DNA of 27,177 nucleotides from an uncultured archaeon. Its GTDB lineage: Archaea > Asgardarchaeota > Thorarchaeia > Thorarchaeales > Thorarchaeaceae. Made by a program: the position numbers and the translations under genes. Position 1 is the stretch's first letter. Each line of letters opens with the position of its first letter. This document shows positions 8,689-16,486 of this stretch, piece after piece. The notes under the pieces are model-generated. The model saw nothing but the letters and a program-made list of their open reading frames with translations, was not told the origin of the DNA and did no database searches. The DNA lies in assembly GCA_964631415.1 (NCBI GenBank), contig CAZVZC010000014.1:14343-41519 (forward strand). The letters run 5' to 3'.

Positions 8689-8859
8689 CTAGCCCTTTTC
8701 GGTGACTAGATTGCCACTCGAGTCTGTGACCGTTTCCCAGTCATGACTGCACCGGGGACAGTGCCACTTCCTTCTGTTGATCTTCCCGCCCCTTAGGACC
8801 TCCTTCTTTACCAATGCGACCTCCTTGAATCCACAACGCGGGCATGTTATCTCTGTCAT
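8689..8859 (-). CDS. Small zinc-ribbon protein, TFIIS/TFS C-terminal-like spacing (Cx2C-x24-Cx2C-xHxW)
   Basis: MTEITCPRCGFKEV...KWHCPRCSHDWET; the start could be 8859, 8883 or 8886. Confidence 0.7.
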   Translation of the reverse strand: MTEITCPRCGFKEVALVKKEVLRGGKINRRKWHCPRCSHDWETVTDSSGNLVTEKG

Positions 8860-8967
8860 GAATGATGTCCCTAAGTGAGCCATCATTCAAGGACATATCT
8901 AGTTTGCTGAGAAGTGTCCGACTGCAACCACTGCGAGAGGAGTGGTACGACCAGCCATGTCACAACC

Positions 8968-8976
8968 TTTTTATTA
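8968..8976 (+). promoter_or_regulatory. Probable TATA box for eS1 gene
   Basis: ttttatta about 100 nt upstream of ATG 9077. Confidence 0.4.
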
Positions 8977-9076
8977 GACTCGTCTGATGTCGCCCAGACC
9001 CCACGGTCTGACCACGGGAGTAGTCGAGATTCTCTAGGGTGTCTTACAGTATCTGCAACACGAGTGTGACGCTGAG

Positions 9077-9751
9077 ATGTCCTCAAAGGCAAAACAGGCC
9101 GCTGCTGCTGCCGTCAAGACAAGGGACAAGTGGCGAGAGAAAGTCTGGTATCAAGTAGTTACTCCAGACTATTTCGGAAGCAAAGACATTGGCATCACGC
9201 CTGCGGAATCTCCTGAGGCTCTGATCGGTCGCACCGTTGAGCCAACGCTCTACGACCTGACTGGCAACTTCGATCTCATCCACGTGAAACTGCGGTTCAA
9301 GATAACGGAAGCTGTGGGACAGCAGGCCAAGACTATATTTCATGGCCATGAATGGAGCTCAGACTATCTGCGGGGGCTTGTGAGGAGGGGCACATCCAGA
9401 ATTGACTGGATCGGTCCGATATTGACAAAGGACGACTTCATGATGAGAATCTCTGTGATCGTTTTCACAACGACACGGTCCAAGACCAGCCAAGAACACT
9501 CTGTGCGTAAGGCTATCGAGAAAGTCATTCTGGACCATGCAAAGAAGCACACCTTTGATGAGCTAGTTCAGAAGGTCGTTTTCGGGGAACTGGCGACCGA
9601 AGTCAATCAGGAAGTCAAGAAAATCGTGCCCGTCCGACAGTGTGAGATACGAAAGAGTAAGGTGCTGAAGGGACCAGAAGAGGTCAGATCTCGGAGAGCA
9701 CGACTCCGCCGCGGAACAAAGACAGAAGCACCCAAAGAGGAAGAAGAGTAG
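9077..9751 (+). CDS. rps3ae: 30S ribosomal protein S3Ae (eS1)
   Basis: DKWREKVWY, GRTVEPTLYDLTG, DYLRGLVRRGTSRID and EIRKSKVL. Confidence 0.96.
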   Translation: MSSKAKQAAAAAVKTRDKWREKVWYQVVTPDYFGSKDIGITPAESPEALIGRTVEPTLYDLTGNFDLIHVKLRFKITEAVGQQAKTIFHGHEWSSDYLRGLVRRGTSRIDWIGPILTKDDFMMRISVIVFTTTRSKTSQEHSVRKAIEKVILDHAKKHTFDELVQKVVFGELATEVNQEVKKIVPVRQCEIRKSKVLKGPEEVRSRRARLRRGTKTEAPKEEEE

Positions 9752-9784
9752 GCGCACACTCACTCCTTGACACAATCTGCACTC

Positions 9785-10162
9785 TCATTGTGCATGCTCG
9801 TCAGTAGTCATGCCGTCCAGTCTGTGCAATGCTTGGAGCAACAATACCATTAGATTCGCCAGCTTCGTTAGAGCCTCGATGTCATTCTCCGATTCCACCA
9901 AATCATTGAGCCCCACGAGCTTCCTGACCAGCGTTTCTCTCAGCTGTGGGAGTACTGCCTTTATAGTGTGAGCTTCAACTTCCTTCTCAGTGCGTGCAAC
10001 GACAATCCGCCGGTCACAAGACGCACAGTATATGTCACTACCCACCTTGAATAAAGGAGCACCGCACTGTGGGCATGCCTGTGCCAACATTGTGGCTCCA
10101 TGGCGCAACAGCTCGGCCATCTTCTTGATTGGCGCATCAGTTTTGTCTGCCAACTTGGACAC
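9785..10162 (-). CDS. UPF0148 / Sjogren-scleroderma autoantigen-1 (ZNRD2)-like Zn-ribbon protein
   Basis: KKMAELLRHGATMLAQACPQCGAPLF...YCASC. Confidence 0.88.
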   Translation of the reverse strand: MSKLADKTDAPIKKMAELLRHGATMLAQACPQCGAPLFKVGSDIYCASCDRRIVVARTEKEVEAHTIKAVLPQLRETLVRKLVGLNDLVESENDIEALTKLANLMVLLLQALHRLDGMTTDEHAQ

Positions 10163-10360
10163 CTTCAGTACTTCGGACTGTCTTGTTATTAGGTATAGCG
10201 CTGCGATGCTCAGAAGCAGAATATCTGTCGCCGTTTCGTGCGATACTTAGCACGTCCGAGCAAAAAAACCATGCCGCAATGTTGATATGTCTGAGCCAAG
10301 TCAGAAGCTCTGGTTGTTCGCACTCCATTCGTGCGCCAAGACTATTCAGAGGTGAGGCAG

Positions 10361-10624
10361 TTGGATCCCGAAACACAGAAGAGCATAGAGCAGTCGAAAC
10401 GTTTACTTAAACAGATATCTGAGGATTCTTCGGTCCCTCGGAACATACGCCGTGCAGCCAACGAAGCCATTGCTGTCCTTGATCGGAGCGCAGACTCTCC
10501 GGCTGTTAGGGCACAGAATGCAATATCGATTCTTGATGAGCCGAGTCAAGACCCGAATTGCCCGAATCATGCAAGGACAAAAATATGGCATGTTTCTAGC
10601 CTCCTTGAGCCGATACATGACTAG
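10361..10624 (+). CDS. UPF0147 family protein
   Basis: ISEDSSVPRNIRRAA...QDPNCPNHARTKIW; GAGGTGA SD before TTG 10361. Confidence 0.9.
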   Translation: MDPETQKSIEQSKRLLKQISEDSSVPRNIRRAANEAIAVLDRSADSPAVRAQNAISILDEPSQDPNCPNHARTKIWHVSSLLEPIHD

Positions 10625-10709
10625 CTATCGCAGGGAGTATGGACAAGAAACGATCCCGTCGCTTGGCCCTCACGAATGGGGTTCTGACGCCTAAGGTCCG
10701 GGCCAGTGT

Positions 10710-12212
10710 TTGTCTATGTACAAAGCGAGAATAAGGGGCATCTATTCACAGTCCTTGACTCAGATACTGCTGCAGAACCACTTTGATGTGGTGCAGCCTA
10801 CTCCAGAGGTGGCAAGGAGGTTTGGCCTGCCCTTCAAGAGTGAGATTCCAGACATGGACATCTGGGACCGAAGCGATCTCCAAGGTATCGTGGCAATTGC
10901 GTATGAGTCGGTTCTCATTCGATTGACAGATGTCCTGCGGAAACGCTTGGGCGGCGTCATAACACGTACACCGAGGGTGGCAAAGAGTTCTGTATACAGA
11001 GGGTCCGTTATGGGTGCGGATGAGAAGACAGGACAGACCAGAGTCGACTTGGGAGGAGTATCGGGGCTTCTGCCTGACAGGGAACCCAAGCAAGGGACTC
11101 AGATCATGGTTCAGGTCAGAGCGCATGACTATGGTAGAAAGGCCCCGGTTCTCTCCGCAAGTATAACAATCCCCGGAAAAGCCGCCGTACTCCTGCCTGA
11201 ACCCGTTGTCAGGCTCAGTACTAAAATCAAGGTGAGTGAAGAACGCAACCGTCTGGTAGAATTGGGGAGGAGGATTCGTGAGAATTCCGAGAACTGGGGA
11301 ATTCTGTGGAGAACCTCCGCAGAGAAGCTCACCGACGACGAGCTGAGAGATGAAGTTGATGACCTTCTGGACACAGCACACCAAGTCTATTCGAAGTTCA
11401 GTGAAACTGACAAACCGGGGCTCTTGTTTGAGGGTACCAGCAACGCTGACATCGAGTTTCCCGCCGAGGTCAAGGAAACGCTTGATAATACTCGCGCGAA
11501 AATAAGGCCAACAGTCAAACTTCACCACTTCTACAAGAGCGCCGGCTACGCAGGGTTGGTCGACCTTGCAGAGATGATTATAGAAGAACGGCCAGATGAG
11601 AGAGCTTATGTCACATCGAAGCTGGAGAAAGTATTCAATCGGGACATGCCCAAGGTCGATGACCAAATCAACATCGAGCATGTGAAACTGGACGGCAGAA
11701 ACATAATTCTCTCGAGGGGCCGCGTCATAAGTGTCAACCAAGGGGAACTTGTCATCCGCCGTCAGTTCAGGTACACCAACAGGAAGCTCAAGCTTGCCCC
11801 CGAGTGTCCCGATGATATCGAAACACCACCTGATGAGGGGGATTATGCAATAACCCACGTCGTTCCGGGTTCAGAAACTCTTGTCACGGAGTATTTCTCT
11901 CGAGACAAACAGCTCAAAGGGACATACGTCAATGTGAACACTGGCGTCGAGGTCTATCCAAACACTCAGAACAGTCCCAGCAGGGTTCGGTACGTGGATC
12001 TTGAGATTGACGTAGTCAGCCCGGCAGAGGGAGAAACGCGTGTCATCGACCAGCATCTGCTGAAGAGAGGGGTCCAACGCGGGTTCATAACCAAGGAGAT
12101 GGCGGACAGAGCACGGGCAAAGGCGAGAGCAGCGTACTCTGCTCTGACTGGCGATACTTCACCATGGAAACTGCCCGAGGACGACCTATCTGAGCCTTCG
12201 TCTGTCGATTGA
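10710..12212 (+). CDS. fau-1: RNA-binding protein / ribonuclease FAU-1 (RNase E/G-like N-part, DUF402 C-part)
   Basis: ARIRGIYSQSLT, WGILWRTSA, HHFYKS, KGTYVNVNT and YVDLEIDVV. Confidence 0.88.
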   Translation: MSMYKARIRGIYSQSLTQILLQNHFDVVQPTPEVARRFGLPFKSEIPDMDIWDRSDLQGIVAIAYESVLIRLTDVLRKRLGGVITRTPRVAKSSVYRGSVMGADEKTGQTRVDLGGVSGLLPDREPKQGTQIMVQVRAHDYGRKAPVLSASITIPGKAAVLLPEPVVRLSTKIKVSEERNRLVELGRRIRENSENWGILWRTSAEKLTDDELRDEVDDLLDTAHQVYSKFSETDKPGLLFEGTSNADIEFPAEVKETLDNTRAKIRPTVKLHHFYKSAGYAGLVDLAEMIIEERPDERAYVTSKLEKVFNRDMPKVDDQINIEHVKLDGRNIILSRGRVISVNQGELVIRRQFRYTNRKLKLAPECPDDIETPPDEGDYAITHVVPGSETLVTEYFSRDKQLKGTYVNVNTGVEVYPNTQNSPSRVRYVDLEIDVVSPAEGETRVIDQHLLKRGVQRGFITKEMADRARAKARAAYSALTGDTSPWKLPEDDLSEPSSVD

Positions 12213-12219
12213 CAGTGAG

Positions 12220-12468
12220 CTACTCTGTAGAGTTTATTGTCCTGATTGAGAGATCTATTGCACTCATAACATCTTCAATGGTGGCCCTCAGAGAGTCCAG
12301 ACCGCGGTCACACTCAATACTAAGATGAAGCCGCCCATCCTTGACTTGACAAGTGATTCTGAGACCCATCGGCAAGGGCATGTTGTCAGGTGATATTGCA
12401 TCCAAGATCCGTTCTGCTTCGCCTGCAGGCGAAATCTCAATCTCGATTGTCGCAACCATCAATATCAA
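12220..12468 (-). CDS. pcc1: KEOPS complex subunit Pcc1
   Basis: Size about 80 aa; AISPDN...SLRATIEDV pattern; position downstream of uS15-GAN. Confidence 0.85.
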   Translation of the reverse strand: MILMVATIEIEISPAGEAERILDAISPDNMPLPMGLRITCQVKDGRLHLSIECDRGLDSLRATIEDVMSAIDLSIRTINSTE

Positions 12469-13808
12469 TCACCTGCTTTGGCCAGCTTGTCTGACACGTT
12501 GAACAGGGTCATGCGGTCCTCCTTGGATGACAGCCTTACCAGTACTGACCTTGCGGACGTAGACATTGTAACCAGACCTGCGCTATTCAGTGCCAAGAAG
12601 ACTTTGGAAAGGTTCATGCTGTCTAACTGCCAGATGACTCCTGCATAGTCATCCTTGTACAGTACTAGAAGGACGTTTTGGTCAACATAGCCGCTTTCGA
12701 ACGCAATACGCCCCACATCCGAGAGAGTTTCGCTCCTTGCCTCGATGAGAGGCGCTGCAATTACATGACTGGAGACGTTTTCGACTTCGCGATTCTTCTG
12801 AGCCAGCACGAAGTGCTGAACACCAGAAATCACTCCTCTGCAGTGGACTCTGTATGAGTCAAGTGCCGATCGCAACATCCTTGCGCGATCACCAATCCAT
12901 AATGCCTGTGCGGTACCTAGGTCCTGTCTGCACCATGCAGCCTCAGCCAAGGTCTGAACACCAGAAACCCTACGCAGCGGACCGTCTTCGGGCTCCAGGC
13001 TTGTTTCGAAGTCAAGGCCCAGTAGTCTACGTATCACAGACTTGCCCAACTTTGGGACGAGCCTTTCAGTCAACCGCTTCTTCTCTTCGTTCGTCAAAAG
13101 CGATATCGGAATGTCGCGTTTCTGAGGAGCTATGTCTGCATCGTCAAGGAGGGCCTCGCAAGACTCTGGTACTCCACTGACACCGGGCAGGTATGGGCTT
13201 ATGCTGTTTGACAAGGTTTCCGTGAGTGGAAGGAAACTCGCCCCAAAGATTCTGAAACCTCTCTTCGCCTCCAGAACCCCGCCCTCTAACGCTAGCTTGA
13301 CCAAGCTCTTGGACTGTCGATCTGGTTCACTGATGGAGCTACTCTCAAGGAGGGATCCCGTTGCTGCAAGGAACAGCTCCTCAGGACCGACATCCAGTTT
13401 CTCCTGTGCAAGAGCGTAAGCTGCGATAGAAATCCCCTTTCCAAGCCCCAAGTGTGGATACGACGAGCAGCGCTGATCAAGACTACCACCTACCAGAATC
13501 GGGGTGTTCTCGCTTAGTTCAGTGACTTGGCTTCCTACAATGTCAATTCCAATCACAATGGGCACGCGGCTCGAGTGTGCCTTGATGACGGTTCCGAGTG
13601 TATCAATGTTCAAGACTGGTTCTGTGAATGTGGTGTGAAATACCCCGCCAGACTTCATGATGGAACGGCAGAGGAGTGCACTCGACAGTGTTGCTTCAGG
13701 AGCTGGCGAGCTCAATATGAATACACGTGAGCCTCTGTCTAGAGTGGCCTCTCGGCACTCTTCACGCAGTGCATCCAGCTCAGGGGTACTCAAGTCCCTG
13801 TCACTCAT
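12465..13808 (-). CDS. GAN/RecJ-Cdc45 family protein, catalytic DHH motifs degenerate
   Basis: Syntenic position uS15-X-pcc1. The central insert FRIFGASFLPLTETL..SISPYLPGVSG and LTNEEKKRL resembles archaeal GAN. No DxD, DHH or GGGH motif. Confidence 0.78.
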   Translation of the reverse strand: MSDRDLSTPELDALREECREATLDRGSRVFILSSPAPEATLSSALLCRSIMKSGGVFHTTFTEPVLNIDTLGTVIKAHSSRVPIVIGIDIVGSQVTELSENTPILVGGSLDQRCSSYPHLGLGKGISIAAYALAQEKLDVGPEELFLAATGSLLESSSISEPDRQSKSLVKLALEGGVLEAKRGFRIFGASFLPLTETLSNSISPYLPGVSGVPESCEALLDDADIAPQKRDIPISLLTNEEKKRLTERLVPKLGKSVIRRLLGLDFETSLEPEDGPLRRVSGVQTLAEAAWCRQDLGTAQALWIGDRARMLRSALDSYRVHCRGVISGVQHFVLAQKNREVENVSSHVIAAPLIEARSETLSDVGRIAFESGYVDQNVLLVLYKDDYAGVIWQLDSMNLSKVFLALNSAGLVTMSTSARSVLVRLSSKEDRMTLFNVSDKLAKAGD

Positions 13809-13843
13809 CCCGATATGAGTGGCAGAAGCCCATTTTGATAAAA

Positions 13844-14299
13844 CTATCTCAAGAGGATTGCTGCCTTGTCAGGAGAATACTTCCAGTCAGCAGGCAAGAC
13901 CCTCTGCTGCCTATAGTATCCTGACAGTCTGTGGATCTTGCTCTCTACGAGCTGAAGTCCTCGCTTTGACACGAGGTCTTTCTTGTGTTCCTCAAGGTGC
14001 TTGCGAATAGAAGTAGCCTTTGCGATCATGTTGCGCAAGTCCTCGGGGACTCTTCTTTCAAGGTCGTTCTCTCTCAGAATTGACAGTATCCTTTTGCCTG
14101 TCACGACCCGAACCAATGGCACACCGTATTGGTCACGAAGTATCATACCAATCATTGAGGGACTGTTACCAGCCTTGGCCAGCTCTACTATCTTCTTCTC
14201 AATCCACTGTGCATCTTTGTCTAGCCATTGGGGTGCTTGCATTGTCGAGGGCCGTGTGCTTCCGGCTTGGCCCTTGCGTCTGGTATGCATCCTCGCCAT
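13844..14299 (-). CDS. rps15: 30S ribosomal protein S15 (uS15; archaeal/eukaryotic S13-type)
   Basis: MARMHTRRKG, GMILRDQYGVP, PEDL, ESKIHRL and LPADWKY. Confidence 0.97.
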   Translation of the reverse strand: MARMHTRRKGQAGSTRPSTMQAPQWLDKDAQWIEKKIVELAKAGNSPSMIGMILRDQYGVPLVRVVTGKRILSILRENDLERRVPEDLRNMIAKATSIRKHLEEHKKDLVSKRGLQLVESKIHRLSGYYRQQRVLPADWKYSPDKAAILLR

Positions 14300-14361
14300 T
14301 GGAGTAACCTCTCAGTCATATTGTCGAAAGACCGGGTTCTCACCACCGCGGCTTGGCATTG

Positions 14362-14370
14362 GATATAAAC
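14362..14370 (-). promoter_or_regulatory. TATA box for rps15 operon
   Basis: tttatat on the minus strand about 65 nt upstream of the ATG. Confidence 0.5.
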
Positions 14371-14447
14371 GTTGTCGTGCGTCAAGAGCAATCGCCTTCA
14401 GTTGGCCGACTGGAGCCGGATTGATTGACTCGTCGATACTGGGCGCA

Positions 14448-15092
14448 TTAGTGGTATCGCCCTCGTTCACGAATCACTTCCATTCTTGAGAGAGCAGGTT
14501 CGGCCGCACTGCCAAGGAGATTCACGTATCCTTCAAGTGTAGCAGTCAGCATGACCTCCTGTTGGTCCCAGTGGGTAGTTTCAAGTGCTCGCCGAATGAG
14601 GTGTAGGTCTACTCCCTTCATCTCAGTTGTCGCATTCCATTCTGCTAGTCCAAAGTCCACCATCCAGAGACGCGATTTGGTGTCGATGAGCACGTTGCTC
14701 GTCGTGGGGTCGCCATGCACGACATTGCCCTGATGCATGCGTGCAACTGATTGCCCGAATTCGAAGCAGATTTCACGAAGCCTTGACTCTGGCACCGTAC
14801 CTGCCAGCTGCTTCAGTTGTTTCCCCTCAATGAAGTCCATGGCTATTGTATAGTTCTCAAGATCCGTCCAGTGCACAGTCGGGGTTGATACCCCAAGTGC
14901 ACGAGCATAGGTCAGCATCTTGCATTCTCTGTTGGTCCTTGTCTTCTTCAGCAGTTCATCGATGTCCTTGAGGAGATAGGGTTTCTGGGGACGCCATTTC
15001 AGTACTATGGGATAACCCCATTGCTCGGTCTTGAATATGGTTGATTCCGCACCCATAGCCCATTTCTCTAGCCTCAAGACAAGGTCCTCCAA
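14448..15092 (-). CDS. bud32: KEOPS kinase/ATPase Bud32
   Basis: GAES, HGDPTTSN, DFGLA, VDLHL and terminal RGRY; overlaps the 3' end of kae1. Confidence 0.93.
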   Translation of the reverse strand: MEDLVLRLEKWAMGAESTIFKTEQWGYPIVLKWRPQKPYLLKDIDELLKKTRTNRECKMLTYARALGVSTPTVHWTDLENYTIAMDFIEGKQLKQLAGTVPESRLREICFEFGQSVARMHQGNVVHGDPTTSNVLIDTKSRLWMVDFGLAEWNATTEMKGVDLHLIRRALETTHWDQQEVMLTATLEGYVNLLGSAAEPALSRMEVIRERGRYH

Positions 15093-16069
15093 GTTATGTC
15101 CTGTTCATCAGTCCGCCACTTGGGTAACACATAAGACTCAGCGACCGAAAGCCTGTTTCCCGCACTGTACTGCAGGATACCTGTCCAAGCAATCATCGCA
15201 CCCTGATCGCCGGCAAGAGATGGTGAAACTGTGTGAAAGCGGGCGTTGTGCCTAGCAGCCACCCCCGCCAAGATCTCTCCGAGACGCCTATTCCGTGCCA
15301 CACCACCAGTGAGCAGGATTTCGCTCTTCTTTGTATGTGCAATGGCACGCTCTGCAACTTCAGCAAGCATACCGAAGGCCGTTTCCTGTATGCTGAAACA
15401 CAAATCGGGCAACGATATATGCTCCGATTGGAGTTTCCTAGCTGCTGTGAGCATTCCCGAGTAGCTCACATCCATACCCTTCACTGAGTAAGGTAGACTA
15501 TAGTATGTGTTCCCCTTCATGGCCTCCTGCTCTATTGCAGGTCCAGCAGGGAAGCGCATGCCCATTGTGCGTCCGAACACATCCAGCATGTTGCCAATAG
15601 CGATGTCAAGGGTTTCTCCGAAAGTCCGAAACCGATTACCGGCGAAGGCAATGACTTGGGTGTTGCCGCCTGAAACATAGACTGTGACGGGGTCCTTGAA
15701 CCCCGACTCTAGGCAGCCTATCTCGATGTGTGCCACACAGTGATTCACTCCCGCGAGAGGAACTTCTAGCTTCAATGCCAGTGATCGGGCCATTGTCGCC
15801 GTTGCCCTTAGACAGGGCCCGAGCCCAGGGCCCCTTGAGAACGCAATCAGGTTTATGTCACGAAAACCAATCCCAGCCTCTGTCAGTGCCTTCGCAATGA
15901 TATCTGGACCCTTGTCCGAGTGATGTCTACTTGCCTCGCGGGGATGGATGCCTCCCTCCTGTGGAGAAAGCATGTCCCAGACATTCGAGAGAACCTTGCC
16001 CTGATCCGAAACCACTCCTGCTCCGAACGAATGTGCGGTCCCTTCTATCCCGAGACATGTCAGAGACAA
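15074..16069 (-). CDS. kae1: tRNA N6-adenosine threonylcarbamoyltransferase Kae1
   Basis: LGIEGTAH, GPGLGPCL, NHCVAHIE, VSGGNTQ, GETLDIAIGN and GGVA. Confidence 0.97.
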   Translation of the reverse strand: MSLTCLGIEGTAHSFGAGVVSDQGKVLSNVWDMLSPQEGGIHPREASRHHSDKGPDIIAKALTEAGIGFRDINLIAFSRGPGLGPCLRATATMARSLALKLEVPLAGVNHCVAHIEIGCLESGFKDPVTVYVSGGNTQVIAFAGNRFRTFGETLDIAIGNMLDVFGRTMGMRFPAGPAIEQEAMKGNTYYSLPYSVKGMDVSYSGMLTAARKLQSEHISLPDLCFSIQETAFGMLAEVAERAIAHTKKSEILLTGGVARNRRLGEILAGVAARHNARFHTVSPSLAGDQGAMIAWTGILQYSAGNRLSVAESYVLPKWRTDEQDITWRTLS

Positions 16070-16174
16070 GATTCGCAGCCCCGCCAGTGAAGACTTCGTG
16101 TTCCACTTAATGTTGCCGAGAGCAGCTATTCGAACGGAATTCGACTAAGTCAGAAAGCACTGTACAGCAAAGGG

Positions 16175-16181
16175 TTTATAA
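16175..16181 (+). promoter_or_regulatory. TATA box for Sm gene
   Basis: TTTATAA 35 nt upstream of GTG 16217. Confidence 0.55.
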
Positions 16182-16216
16182 TCTGCACAGAGGCCCGCCC
16201 GCGCGAGGATTCGTCT

Positions 16217-16447
16217 GTGTCTGCGGAGAAGATGCCAATCAAGGCCCTTGAGAATGTGTTAGACGACATTGTTTCAATAAAACTCAAAGACAACAGAATC
16301 TTCCGTGGACGACTCACAAGATGTGATATCTACATGAACCTCACGCTTGCAGATGCAGAGGAAATGCAGGGCAATCAGATTATGGCTAAGTATGGTTCAA
16401 TCCTGATAAGAGGAAACAACATCCTGTGGATTCAGATACCTGAATGA
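16217..16447 (+). CDS. Sm-like archaeal protein (SmAP/Lsm)
   Basis: Sm1 motif (LKDNRIFRGRL..DIYMNLTL.DAEE) and Sm2 motif (ILIRGNNI). Confidence 0.95.
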   Translation: MSAEKMPIKALENVLDDIVSIKLKDNRIFRGRLTRCDIYMNLTLADAEEMQGNQIMAKYGSILIRGNNILWIQIPE

Positions 16448-16486
16448 GAAGGAGATGCTGACCTGAAGGCTAGGACTGCCTAGCTT

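Noticed and set aside
10746-11858. 370-aa minus-strand ORF
   Set aside because: Antisense shadow of the well-supported FAU-1 gene with no recognisable motifs.
14448-16069. Kae1-Bud32 fusion or programmed frameshift
   Set aside because: Both are complete separate ORFs with a short ordinary overlap and no obvious slippery site.
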